A stretch of DNA of 60,028 bases, filler included, from 5 parts of 5 records of this genome joined end to end with filler, not necessarily neighbours in it; one strand, 5' to 3'; positions 33,081-43,068 are shown, counted from the whole stretch's first letter. Program-made: numbers and translations. Notes: generated by a model from the letters alone, not told the origin.

Positions 33081-34890
33081 ATTGAAATTTCACTTTTATG
33101 CGCAGTCAGTATTTTTGGTTATTGCCACAGTTTCAGTCCTGTTACCGGCATGTAAAACTCAATTGGATCGTGATGAAATCATAGCGCAAAAAGTTGAGCT
33201 GTTGCTGGCAAAAATGACCCTCGATGAAAAAATAGGTCAAATGACCATGGTCCGCCACTTTGACGGGGATATCGAAAATGATATCGGAGAAAGGTTTATC
33301 GGATCAATCATTCATTCACAAGGGCCTTTGCCCGGGGAAGGAGCCAGAAAATGGCAGGCGCAGTTTAAAGTTTTGCAACAAAAAGCACTCGAAACAAGGC
33401 TCGGTATTCCACTTTTGATTGGCGTGGATGCGGTGCACGGACAAAATACCTATGAAGGCGCAACAATCTTTCCTCACAACATCGGCCTGGGAGCAACAGA
33501 TAACCAAAAACTGGTTGAGGAGGTTGCGGCAATTACAGCGATCGAAATGCAGGCTACGGGTTTCAACTGGACATTTGCTCCCTGCATAGCAATCCCTTAC
33601 AGTGAAAAATGGGGACGGGTTTATGAAGCTTTTTCAGAATCAACCGAGATGACCCAAAAAATGGCAAGAGCTTCGGTTAAAGGTTTGCAGGGCGAGTTAT
33701 CGGAAAATACAACGGTGATGGCAACAGCCAAGCATTATGTTGCTGATGGCTCTGCAGATTACGGCATCGAAGGTGGGAATGCCACAATCAGTATGAAAGA
33801 AATCAGCGAGCGATTGCTGCCGGCGTACCGGGAAGCTGTAATGGCGGGAGTAGGTGCCGTGATGGTTTCTTTTAATTCAACGCATGGAATTTTTATGCAT
33901 GCGCATAAAGAGCTGATCACCGATTCACTGAAAAAAGGTATGGGCTTCGATGGTATTGTGGTCACCGACTGGAAAGGTTACTCAAGGTTTGGCGAAAATG
34001 ACATTATAAATGCCGGAGTGGATATCGTAATGGCTGTTGAAGGAGATATGAATCATTTTCAGATGGGGCTAAAGCAAGGCGTGGTCAGCGGGTATGTGAG
34101 TAGGGAAAGAATAGATGATGCAGTGCGCAGAATATTACGACAGAAGTTTCGATTGGGGCTATTCAATAATCCTTTTTCGGATACCACGTTAGTCGCAAAA
34201 ATTGGGTGTTCAGCACATCGGGAAAAAGCCAGACAGGCGGTTCGGGAGTCATTGGTTTTATTGAAAAATGAAAATAGAACCCTTCCAATTGATAAGCATA
34301 CCAACAAAATAGTTGTGGTTGGTGAGCATGCAAGCAATTCAGGTTTGCAATCCGGTGGGTGGACGATAAACTGGCAGGGAACTCAGGACAGTTATACCGG
34401 ATCAACAACTATTCTTCAGGGTATCGAGGCCACTGCAAAAGGTTCTGTTGTTTACGATCAGTATGCCACAGGAAATCATTTCGATGCCGATATTGCGATC
34501 ATTGTGGTTGGCGAAACACCCTATGCTGAATCTGTGGGTGATATCCGTGATGACGGAGGATGGTATAAGTTGACATTACGAGAGCAGCACCAGGGTTATA
34601 TAAATTCCTATGTCGACAAAGGGCCAAAAGTGGTTGTGTTATTGGTTTCGGGAAGGCCACTTGTAACAACCCGGCAAATCAATCAATCTGATGCATTTAT
34701 TGCTGCCTGGCTTCCGGGTTCTGAAGGCTCCGGGATTGCTGAAGTTCTTTTTGGTGATTATAATTTTACTGGCAAACTGCCGCACTCCTGGCCAAAATCT
34801 GTCGTTGATTTCAGTGGCAAATTTGGACCAAATTTCTGGGATAGCTCCGTTGAGCCACTGTTTGAATATGGTTATGGGCTGAGTTATTAA
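33067..34890 (+). CDS. GH3 beta-glucosidase / exo-beta-1,3-glucanase
   Basis: MTL.EKIGQM, DAVHG, WGR.YE, KHY, nucleophile VTDW, AWLPG.EG. Confidence 0.94.
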   Translation: MSLGKLKFHFYAQSVFLVIATVSVLLPACKTQLDRDEIIAQKVELLLAKMTLDEKIGQMTMVRHFDGDIENDIGERFIGSIIHSQGPLPGEGARKWQAQFKVLQQKALETRLGIPLLIGVDAVHGQNTYEGATIFPHNIGLGATDNQKLVEEVAAITAIEMQATGFNWTFAPCIAIPYSEKWGRVYEAFSESTEMTQKMARASVKGLQGELSENTTVMATAKHYVADGSADYGIEGGNATISMKEISERLLPAYREAVMAGVGAVMVSFNSTHGIFMHAHKELITDSLKKGMGFDGIVVTDWKGYSRFGENDIINAGVDIVMAVEGDMNHFQMGLKQGVVSGYVSRERIDDAVRRILRQKFRLGLFNNPFSDTTLVAKIGCSAHREKARQAVRESLVLLKNENRTLPIDKHTNKIVVVGEHASNSGLQSGGWTINWQGTQDSYTGSTTILQGIEATAKGSVVYDQYATGNHFDADIAIIVVGETPYAESVGDIRDDGGWYKLTLREQHQGYINSYVDKGPKVVVLLVSGRPLVTTRQINQSDAFIAAWLPGSEGSGIAEVLFGDYNFTGKLPHSWPKSVVDFSGKFGPNFWDSSVEPLFEYGYGLSY

Positions 34891-35054
34891 TTTTGGATTC
34901 GGGTTCAAATTTGCCATTCGATACGGCGAGTTCATCATTTCTGATTTTCTTTACTTTTGTCAATCATTCAAAATTATTGATTGATGAATAAGCTCCTACA
35001 TGTAGTCATTGGAACTCTTTGGGATTTCTATTGGCCATCAGCAGAAATCCAACC

Positions 35055-36614
35055 ATGAAAAAACCAGCTCTAAATATTGGAATCCTTCTTCTGCTTATCA
35101 TTGCATTGCCTCCATTGTTTTTTACCACCTACGAAGTAGGGAGTTATTACCAGAATGAGCAGATGATCGATTCCATTTATACAAGTCAGTTGGAGTCGGT
35201 AATTTTTTCGGTAAACCAGTATAGTGATGATGTGGTAAGTGGTTGGGTAAACCAGTTGATCCGGGATTTGCAGTATTCAAATATTGAAGAAGATTCCGTT
35301 GCAGCGTTATTCCTGCAACAAAAAAGATCGGTTGAAATTTTATTTTTCACATCCGGATCATCTATTTCCGCTATGCATGCTAAAGCCCCGGAATCTTTCA
35401 GGCTGATTAATGAACTTGAATTGATCCTTGAAGAAAATAAACCCACAACACAGCGACTTTTACAATATCTCCAGGGCGGCTACCGAAAAATACAACCATT
35501 GCCTACTGACTCCTCAGACATGAGCCTTTTTGTGTTTGCTATAAATCAGGATAATATGGAACAGGCCATTGGTGGGATTGTGGTGAACAATGGAAGCTTC
35601 ATTCGTGAAAATCTTGGTCCGAAGATACAGTCTGTGGCGGGAGAAAAGTTTTATTTATCTGTTTTTGAGGGCGGATCGGATCAGGAAATTTATTCAAACG
35701 AACTAAGGCAGGTTGAGGACAAGCATATCGAGCATATGAAACCATTATGGCTTATGCCAGATTACAATCTTGGAATCCAGTTACGGGGTGAAACCATCGA
35801 AGACCTTGTCCGGCAGCGAATGAAATCCGGGATATGGCTCATTATCATCATCGATATTGTATTGATTCTTGCTGCCATTTTGGTATATCGCGCCATCCGC
35901 CAGCAAATGAAGCTGGCCCAGCTCAAATCTGAATTTGTTTCAAATGTTTCGCATGAGATCCGGACACCACTGGCAGTGATCAACATGTACTCCGAAACCC
36001 TGGAAATGGGCAGGATTAAAGACGAGGAGAAGAAGCACGAGTACTATAAAATCATCCATACTGAAACAAACAGGCTCTCCGGGATTGTGAATAAAATACT
36101 TAGCTTTTCAAAAATCGAAGGGGGCAAACGTAACTACAAGTTTTCAGAAACTGATGTTAATGAACTTGTTGAACAAATTGTTCAAAATTACAGTCATCAT
36201 TTTAAAAATAAGGGGATGGAGTGTGCTTATAATCCATCCTCAAAACTACCAGGTGTGAACCTGGATTCGGAGGCAGTGACAGATGCTGTGATCAACCTCA
36301 TCGACAATGCCATTAAATACAGTGGTGATAATACAAAAATTGAGATTTCGACAGGTATGAGTTTAAAGACTGTTTATATAGATGTAAAGGATTATGGGAT
36401 TGGAATTGATCAAAAGCACCATAAACTGGTATTTGATAAATTCTACAGGGTAACCTCCGGCAATCTGGCCCACAAAGCCAAAGGTACAGGGATAGGATTA
36501 AGTATTGTAAAACACATCATGGAAGCACACAAGGGGAGTGTCACGTTGAAGAGTGTGCCGGGGAAAGGCAGTATTTTCAGGTTGAATTTCCCGATTGATT
36601 ATGGCTCAGGTTAG
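35055..36614 (+). CDS. Membrane sensor histidine kinase
   Basis: Two TMs; SHEIRTPL, NLIDNAIKY, D.GIGI, FDKFYR, GTGIGL. Confidence 0.95.
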   Translation: MKKPALNIGILLLLIIALPPLFFTTYEVGSYYQNEQMIDSIYTSQLESVIFSVNQYSDDVVSGWVNQLIRDLQYSNIEEDSVAALFLQQKRSVEILFFTSGSSISAMHAKAPESFRLINELELILEENKPTTQRLLQYLQGGYRKIQPLPTDSSDMSLFVFAINQDNMEQAIGGIVVNNGSFIRENLGPKIQSVAGEKFYLSVFEGGSDQEIYSNELRQVEDKHIEHMKPLWLMPDYNLGIQLRGETIEDLVRQRMKSGIWLIIIIDIVLILAAILVYRAIRQQMKLAQLKSEFVSNVSHEIRTPLAVINMYSETLEMGRIKDEEKKHEYYKIIHTETNRLSGIVNKILSFSKIEGGKRNYKFSETDVNELVEQIVQNYSHHFKNKGMECAYNPSSKLPGVNLDSEAVTDAVINLIDNAIKYSGDNTKIEISTGMSLKTVYIDVKDYGIGIDQKHHKLVFDKFYRVTSGNLAHKAKGTGIGLSIVKHIMEAHKGSVTLKSVPGKGSIFRLNFPIDYGSG

Positions 36615-36683
36615 GAGTAGAAAGTAAGAAGTAGAAAGTGAGAAGTAGAAAGTATGAAGTAGAAAGTATGAAGTAGCAAGTAG
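36615..36683 (+). repeat. Degenerate 7/14-bp tandem repeat (AAGTAGA-like)
   Basis: gagtagaaagtaagaagtagaaagtgagaagtagaaagtatgaagtagaaagtatgaagtagc. Confidence 0.85.
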
Positions 36684-36843
36684 GCAGCAGTGTCAGTAAA
36701 TAGTGGGCAGGAGCTAAAAAGCTGCAGGCAGAAAAGATTGTAAATTGGGGATTGACAACTGAAGACTGCCGATTGGAAACTGCCGACTATTGTTTTAAAA
36801 AACGAAATACAGATAAATTTGCATTTCTAATAAATGAAAAAGC

Positions 36844-37533
36844 ATGCACCGAATTCTGATAATTGAAGATGAACCAACCATGCTCATGGGTTTGAGAGAC
36901 AATCTCGAAATTGAAGGTTACGAAGTGGATACTGCTGAAGAGGGTAAAACCGGACTGGAGAAAATTCTTAAAAATGAACATCACCTCGTGTTGCTGGATG
37001 TAATGCTGCCGGAAATTTCAGGTTTTGATGTCTGTAAGAAAGCCCGTAACGAAGGCATCGACACGCCCATAATTTTACTTACTGCTAAGGGCGAAGAAAT
37101 TGATAAAGTGCTGGGACTTGAGCTGGGAGCCGATGATTACATCACCAAGCCATTCAGTCTGCGCGAACTCCTGGCGAGGATCAAGGCTATCCTCCGTCGT
37201 GCTGCAAAAGAAACTAAACCAGATAGCGCCCTCACTAAAATCGGAAACCTGGAAGTGTATTTTCAGAATTATGAAGCCTTTAAAAATTCCGAATCTGTGA
37301 AACTCTCACACAAAGAATTTGAATTCCTGAAATACCTTTGGGAAAACCCAAACCGCGTGATCAGTCGTGATGAGCTGCTCGATAAAATCTGGGGTATCGA
37401 TTACATGCCATCTCCCCGAACTGTTGACAACTTCGTATTAAAACTCCGTCACCTGATTGAAAATGATTCCAATCACCCAAAAATGATTTTGACAGTGCAT
37501 GGGGTAGGGTACAAGTTTGTAATGGTTGGGTAG
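36844..37533 (+). CDS. OmpR-family response regulator
   Basis: IEDE, LLDVMLP, LTAK, GADDYITKPF, winged helix ending TVHGVGYKF. Confidence 0.96.
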   Translation: MHRILIIEDEPTMLMGLRDNLEIEGYEVDTAEEGKTGLEKILKNEHHLVLLDVMLPEISGFDVCKKARNEGIDTPIILLTAKGEEIDKVLGLELGADDYITKPFSLRELLARIKAILRRAAKETKPDSALTKIGNLEVYFQNYEAFKNSESVKLSHKEFEFLKYLWENPNRVISRDELLDKIWGIDYMPSPRTVDNFVLKLRHLIENDSNHPKMILTVHGVGYKFVMVG

Positions 37534-37682
37534 CTTAATTAAAACTATATGATTTCAAATTGAAGTTTTGATATCTGACGTCCGATGTAAGCGTTTGATG
37601 TATGATTTTCAAATCTAAATTGCCATCGGCCTTGTGGTTGGCAATATCAAAAATCTGAGATCTGACCTTAACGGGTTAGCAG

Positions 37683-37782
37683 NNNNNNNNNNNNNNNNNN
37701 NNNNNNNNNNNNNNNNNNNNNNNNNNTTAATTAATTAANNNNNNNNNNNNNNNNNNNNNNNNNNNNNNNNNNNNNNNNNNNN
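37683..37782. other. Artificial contig linker
   Basis: N44-TTAATTAATTAA-N44. Confidence 0.99.
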
Positions 37783-37810
37783 AGGCTCTAGCCAACTGAG
37801 CTACTCCCGC
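37783..37810 (-). tRNA. 5' fragment of a tRNA, probably tRNA-Gly (anticodon not in contig)
   Basis: Reverse complement GCGGGAGTAGCTCAGTTGGCTAGAGCCT. Confidence 0.8.
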
Positions 37811-37958
37811 AAAAAGACTTATATGTAGTCTTTCAAGAAGAGAATAATATAAAATATTTACATAAAAAAAGCTTAATTTCTTTAATATTTTTTAAAAAGT
37901 ATAGATAATATATTTTGTTGATACTTAATTAATCCTTGCATATGATACAATTTACATT

Positions 37959-38780
37959 ATGAAGAAAATATATATAACAATAATTTTGCTTTTTAGTATT
38001 AATTATGTTTATGCTTTTTCATGGGATGATTGTATTGAAAAATATGAAAAAGCCAGACAATTTAGTGATTACACTAAATTAAAATATGTCTATTTAAAAT
38101 CTACCAAAAGTTGCCTAATCAAATTTAAAAAGAATCTAATCAAAAATCCAAATCCAGAATTTACAGTTCAAGCTATGCAAAATAATATCGATAAAATTGA
38201 TACTTATATTGATGATTTGATTCCAAACTATTATTATCCTGACAATAATATTGAACAAATTCCAAAATATATTAGTTTTGACGCTAAAAAGCCTATCATA
38301 AATAAAGAATATGACTACATAAAAAGATTCAAAGAGTGTAACGGCGTACAAGCAGGAGATAAAATCTACACAGCAAAACATTGTAAACTAAAAGATGCAA
38401 TCGATATAAACTATGACCTTAGTTATATAAAAACAAGTACAAAAACTAAACTTCAGACTTCAAAACTAAATCTAGATAAAAAAGGAACTTTCAAATACTA
38501 CTCGATGTCAAGGGAAGGATTGTTTTACAATACAATTTTAGAAGAGAAAAACTGTAAGTTTTACAAAGCAAAAAATATTCCAATGGGTCAAAATACAACC
38601 CTAGACTTAACTGACCTAGAAAAAAAAGAAGAAATAAGAAGTAACTGTGTAGCAATTCCATCAAACAGTGGTGGTGGAGTATTTCAAAACAACAAGCTAG
38701 TTGGAATAATCTCAAAAACTGTGTTTAATAACAACAAATTTTTATATAGTGTTGTGGAACCTATTTATCCAATAAAATAG
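37959..38780 (+). CDS. Secreted protein with a trypsin-like (S1) protease domain; host gene
   Basis: Signal peptide; TAKHC (His), YDLS (Asp), SNSGGG (Ser) followed by LVGIIS. Confidence 0.65.
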   Translation: MKKIYITIILLFSINYVYAFSWDDCIEKYEKARQFSDYTKLKYVYLKSTKSCLIKFKKNLIKNPNPEFTVQAMQNNIDKIDTYIDDLIPNYYYPDNNIEQIPKYISFDAKKPIINKEYDYIKRFKECNGVQAGDKIYTAKHCKLKDAIDINYDLSYIKTSTKTKLQTSKLNLDKKGTFKYYSMSREGLFYNTILEEKNCKFYKAKNIPMGQNTTLDLTDLEKKEEIRSNCVAIPSNSGGGVFQNNKLVGIISKTVFNNNKFLYSVVEPIYPIK

Positions 38781-38832
38781 ATAAAAAGTAATGGTTTAAA
38801 GATATTTGATTAAATGTCTGTGTGATTATAAG

Positions 38833-38851
38833 TGGTGGTCATGAAGGACTC
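38833..38851 (-). other. Putative att site: duplicated tRNA 3' end
   Basis: Reverse complement GAGTCCTTCATGACCACCA resembles T-loop/T-stem, acceptor strand and CCA (Lys/Val-like, 1 nt short); GTACCGT direct repeats at 38897 and 38909. Confidence 0.6.
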
Positions 38852-38983
38852 AAAAAATTATATCAACACCCTATATTAAGGGTTTAAAATTTAACTGTAC
38901 CGTTGTCAGTACCGTCAATTCTAAAAATATATTTCACTTGAAAACTACTATTATTTTAACCTAAAACCTATAATAAATCAAGT

Positions 38984-39160
38984 CTAAACTTGAACTTGAT
39001 TTATCATCCATTCATCAATTAGGTTTTCATCCCAAACTGTGATTTTTGCACTTAACTTTATTGGTTTAGGGAACCTACCCTCTTTTACCCAAAGCCAAAT
39101 AGTACTTCTTGCGATACCTGTTTTTTTCATTACATCATTTATTCTCAAAAACTTATTCAT
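38984..39160 (-). CDS. AlpA family regulator / excisionase
   Basis: LRI.DV...TG..RSTIW..VK.G.FPKPIKL....W. Confidence 0.92.
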   Translation of the reverse strand: MNKFLRINDVMKKTGIARSTIWLWVKEGRFPKPIKLSAKITVWDENLIDEWMINQVQV

Positions 39161-39161
39161 T

Positions 39162-40496
39162 TTAAAATCCTTTATATTCATTTAGTGATAATACTTCATC
39201 ACATTTTATTTGATAACTTTCATTATCAAAATATTTAAAATCTCTATAGATTAACTCATTGTTTAGTAAGCCATAATAGTTAGTGTCATAGTTTGGTTTT
39301 TTTGTTAAATTTGATATATCTTCCATAATTGTTTCAGTAGTTCTATATTTTATTGGTGTAATAGGTTTATATAATTTTAAATTGCCATTTTCATCTTCTA
39401 AGTATCGTATATTATCAATGATAATTATAGGTTTTGTTTTTTTTCTTTTATATTTTAAATTTATAGATTGATTCACTTTTACTGTTGATTCTTTTTTAGT
39501 TCCAAACTCTTTAAATAGCTTATCTTTTACATATATTTTATAAATACCTTTTTCATAGATTAATACTTTTCCATTGTCCTCTTCAAACTTTATATAATCA
39601 TCATCTTTTGACCATTCACAAACACAAGTATGTTTTAGTTCTGTAAGATGAAACCATGAAGGCTCTATTGGTACAATTTTTCTATATACCCATGCAGGAA
39701 CTAAAGACTTTGATGTAATACATCTTAAAATTCTATGTTTTATATACCAAGCTTGTAAGTAATCTAAGTCTTTATTGCTTTGAACATCAACAAAAGATTT
39801 AAATAAATATTTTAATATATATGCAGGAGCTGATTTAATTTTCCATTGAAAACCATTTAATTGACCATCTTCACATCCATGTAAAGGTTTTAAATTTTGT
39901 TTAGTAGGAAAATACTTTTTATATGTTTGATAGATTGATTCTTTATATTTTCTTGGAATATATAACATCATATGAAGATGAGGAACTCCATCTTTTTTAT
40001 GTGGTTCATAAGTTTTTATATAGTGAGCTTTAAAACCATCTTTTGAAATTTGCATATATTTAGAAGATTTTTGAAATCTATTAAATTGAAAGTTTAGAGT
40101 GTTATATAAGTCCCTTATTGTAAATCGTTCTTTATTTTCAATTTTATCTCTTAGATATCCAAATCTTTCATTATTTGGAATTAGATTTTTATGTTTATGC
40201 TCTTTGTATCTTGAAAAGTTTGCATAGAGAAAATCTCTAAAAAAACCATCAAGAGTTGCAGTAATAAAAATAGGCATATACTCTATATCAGAAGTAATCA
40301 TAATATCGTTGATAGTATTTATTTTATTTAATAGCTCTGTATAGTATCTTCTTGAATGATTTGCAGAAAATGAAACATCAAGTAAAGTTTTTACTTGACC
40401 TGATGATGTATTAAAGTAATGGTTTTCTAAATAGTCTTTTTGTATTTGGTGTTTAGTTCTAATCATTTTTAAATCTAACTCTTTTAAACCATACAT
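39162..40496 (-). CDS. Rolling-circle replication initiator (HUH endonuclease, phage gpA-like)
   Basis: Motif 1 FITAT, motif 2 EPHKKDGVPHLH, motif 3 YILKY; ATG 40496 follows GAGGAG. Confidence 0.88.
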   Translation of the reverse strand: MYGLKELDLKMIRTKHQIQKDYLENHYFNTSSGQVKTLLDVSFSANHSRRYYTELLNKINTINDIMITSDIEYMPIFITATLDGFFRDFLYANFSRYKEHKHKNLIPNNERFGYLRDKIENKERFTIRDLYNTLNFQFNRFQKSSKYMQISKDGFKAHYIKTYEPHKKDGVPHLHMMLYIPRKYKESIYQTYKKYFPTKQNLKPLHGCEDGQLNGFQWKIKSAPAYILKYLFKSFVDVQSNKDLDYLQAWYIKHRILRCITSKSLVPAWVYRKIVPIEPSWFHLTELKHTCVCEWSKDDDYIKFEEDNGKVLIYEKGIYKIYVKDKLFKEFGTKKESTVKVNQSINLKYKRKKTKPIIIIDNIRYLEDENGNLKLYKPITPIKYRTTETIMEDISNLTKKPNYDTNYYGLLNNELIYRDFKYFDNESYQIKCDEVLSLNEYKGF

Positions 40497-40532
40497 ATAT
40501 GCTCCTCGAACAAGTTTTGTTAATTTGACAAG

Positions 40533-40578
40533 AAACAAACTTTTTTTGTTCGCTCCGCTCACAAAAGAAAGTTTGTTT
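40533..40578. other. Hairpin in the Rep-secretin intergenic region (candidate origin or packaging signal)
   Basis: AAACAAACTTTTTTTGT / ACAAAAGAAAGTTTGTTT stem with loop TCGCTCCGCTC. Confidence 0.5.
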
Positions 40579-40772
40579 TTATGCCTGTAAAGGGAAAGAA
40601 TAATTTCCTCTTAAAAATTAAATAGAAAGCAATCCGTTTATATTTAGACAGAGAACTAACACCACATACGTGAATACTCAAACAAGATATAAGTATAAAT
40701 ATTTAATACCCAATCCTCTGTTTATTCTTTTGAAAAAGAATCAAAACTTCTAAAGTCATTGTTTTTCCTTTT

Positions 40773-42047
40773 TTATTGATTTATTCCTAACAGCTCATTA
40801 ACTCTCTTTTGATGTTCTGTTAGTTCTTTTGATTTACTAATATTTGGTTTTGGTAAATTAACTAATTGATTAGTATTGTTATTTGTATATATTTCATTAT
40901 CTTCAAGTTGTAAAAAAATAGAAAGATTTGATTCGACATCATTGTCATTATCCAGTTTGAATAACCAACCAAGAAAAGGTAAATCACTTAAAAAAGGTGT
41001 ACTATTTACTGTTCTGTATCTTTTCTTTTGATTGATACCTGTAAGAGCTAATATTTTCCCTTTTTGAAGTTTTAATTTTTGTTTTACATAGTTCTTAGAA
41101 GTAAGAGGATAGTTATCTGAATTATCAAGTATATTTTCTGCTGTTAATTCAAAATCTAAAGTTACATAAGAATTAAAAAATTCTGGTGTTACATTTATCT
41201 TTAATCCCACATCTTTATAAGAATATGATGTTATTGAAGTAGTTGTATTTTCATTTGTTGTGGTAGTACCATTTAGATATCTAATATTTTTTACAATATT
41301 AAATTGTGTTTGTTCATTTTGATATAAAGTAAGTGTTGGAGAGCTTACTACATTTGATAAATCATTTGTATCCATAAATCTAATGAAGGAATTTAATTGA
41401 TTTGTATGATCAGTAGAAACTTCACTTGTAACTGTAAATGGATAAGCTAACAAATTAAAGAAAAAATTGTGCGAGTTTAAATAAGTGTTTGTTTGTTCTA
41501 GTTGTATTCCATAGTCTTTTAATTTATCTAAATTTGTATCAACTATAATCACTTTTAATTTTAATTGTGTTGGTTCTTTATCTGCTTTTATAAGTATATT
41601 TTTTATAGCTTTAGATTGTTTTTTTGTACTACTAAAAACTATTGTTTTACTTGATGATATATAAGATTGATTCAAGTCTTTAAAAGTATTAAATAAAGGC
41701 TTCACTACCTTATAATCAATATTTTTTAGTGTATATGAATATATGTTTTTTTCATTTTCTTTTTGGTTATCTACTTTTGAAATTAGATAAAAGCCTTTGT
41801 ATCTTTCTAGCACTAGTTCATTTTTATTTAACACCTCTACAAGTATTTTAAAATAGTTATCTTTTTTTAGTTGTTTGGGAATCATCAAAGAGAAGTCTTT
41901 TTGTATATCTTCTGATATCACAAAAGTAGTGTTTAATTCTGATGATATGATTGATACATATTCTTTCAAGGTTATTAAGTTTTGTGTTGCATTACTAGTT
42001 TGATATGATATTAAAATCATCACTATTATCAGTAGTTTCTTCTTCAT
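40773..42047 (-). CDS. Secretin (pIV-like phage exit channel)
   Basis: Signal peptide; S.PTL, YKDVGLKI.VTP, PFLSDLPFLGWLFK secretin motifs; ATG 42047 after GGGG. Confidence 0.9.
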   Translation of the reverse strand: MKKKLLIIVMILISYQTSNATQNLITLKEYVSIISSELNTTFVISEDIQKDFSLMIPKQLKKDNYFKILVEVLNKNELVLERYKGFYLISKVDNQKENEKNIYSYTLKNIDYKVVKPLFNTFKDLNQSYISSSKTIVFSSTKKQSKAIKNILIKADKEPTQLKLKVIIVDTNLDKLKDYGIQLEQTNTYLNSHNFFFNLLAYPFTVTSEVSTDHTNQLNSFIRFMDTNDLSNVVSSPTLTLYQNEQTQFNIVKNIRYLNGTTTTNENTTTSITSYSYKDVGLKINVTPEFFNSYVTLDFELTAENILDNSDNYPLTSKNYVKQKLKLQKGKILALTGINQKKRYRTVNSTPFLSDLPFLGWLFKLDNDNDVESNLSIFLQLEDNEIYTNNNTNQLVNLPKPNISKSKELTEHQKRVNELLGINQ

Positions 42048-43068
42048 CTTTTCCCCCGTTGAAAATATCAAAAAATTTAGAATCAGCTAAAATATCTAGC
42101 TGCATAAAGTTGTTTTCTAGTTTGTTAATTGATAGTTCTTGAATATTAAAAATCTCTTTTAATTTGTAGTAAGTATTAATTTGAATCTTATGGTCATTGT
42201 ATAAACAATATTTGTATTTTAAAGAGCATTTTAAACTCATAAATTTGTATTCTTTTATTTCTGAATAATCAGGTAAAACTTCTTTTTCTTCTGTTTGTAT
42301 TATTTGTGTTTTATGTTGTTCTACTGAACTATCAGTTTCTATTTTTTCTTCATTATTTGAAGAGCTTGAAAAAGAGAATTTAATCATTAAAAAAAATATG
42401 AGTACGAATACAAATGCATATATAAAGTATTTTAAAACAACTGATTTTGGTTTTTGATTTTTTCCTGATACATAAGAACTAAAGACCTCTTTTTGTATTG
42501 GAATAGATATAGTATTTACTTTTGATTTTAAAGACATTCTAGAATCAATATAATGATTGTATTTCATTTTATTGTTAAACAGTTTTATACTTGCAGAATG
42601 TGCTTTATAAAAGAACTCTGAAAAAGATTTATATTTAGTGTTTACTAAAGATAAGTTTTGAGTTAAAAGATATATTTCTTGATGTAAGTGTCTATGATAA
42701 GAAAGCCACCATATTAAAACTTTATCTTGATTATCTAAGTAGTTATGACACTCATCTAGTAAAATAAAAGTATCAAAGATTCCTAGCTCTTTTGCAATAT
42801 CTATTAATTGAGAATCTGTTGAGTTTTGTTTATATTCTAAATATAGTGTATTTAGATTTTCTTTGAACTCTTCCCAATTTAAAGAATGAACATTTTCAAA
42901 ATTTTCTAGTTTGATTTCATTTATATTTGTTAGAGCTTTTTTAATACCCTTTTTTATAAATCGTTTATCTTTGATAATTGTTTTATTTATAGCAAAGTTT
43001 GAAAATAAAGCATACATACCTAAGTAAGTTTTTCCACTTCCTGGTACTCCTGTTATAAATGCAATCAT
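41995..43068 (-). CDS. Zot-like pI morphogenesis ATPase
   Basis: Walker A GVPGSGKT, Walker B LLDECH, HRH, LTQ, single TM. Confidence 0.93.
   Translation of the reverse strand: MIAFITGVPGSGKTYLGMYALFSNFAINKTIIKDKRFIKKGIKKALTNINEIKLENFENVHSLNWEEFKENLNTLYLEYKQNSTDSQLIDIAKELGIFDTFILLDECHNYLDNQDKVLIWWLSYHRHLHQEIYLLTQNLSLVNTKYKSFSEFFYKAHSASIKLFNNKMKYNHYIDSRMSLKSKVNTISIPIQKEVFSSYVSGKNQKPKSVVLKYFIYAFVFVLIFFLMIKFSFSSSSNNEEKIETDSSVEQHKTQIIQTEEKEVLPDYSEIKEYKFMSLKCSLKYKYCLYNDHKIQINTYYKLKEIFNIQELSINKLENNFMQLDILADSKFFDIFNGGKDEEETTDNSDDFNIISN

Noticed and set aside
36615-36683. Repeat array as a CRISPR
   Set aside because: Units are 7-14 bp with no unique spacers, and no cas genes occur anywhere in the window.
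38937-38960. TTGAAAACTACTATTATTTTAA as a Campylobacterota difH site
   Set aside because: The right arm and spacing do not form the TGAAAA/TTTTCA dyad; the tRNA-type att explains the boundary better.
41995-43068. Zot as a zonula occludens toxin virulence gene
   Set aside because: Its position between pVI-like and secretin genes identifies it as the phage assembly ATPase; there is no evidence for toxin activity.
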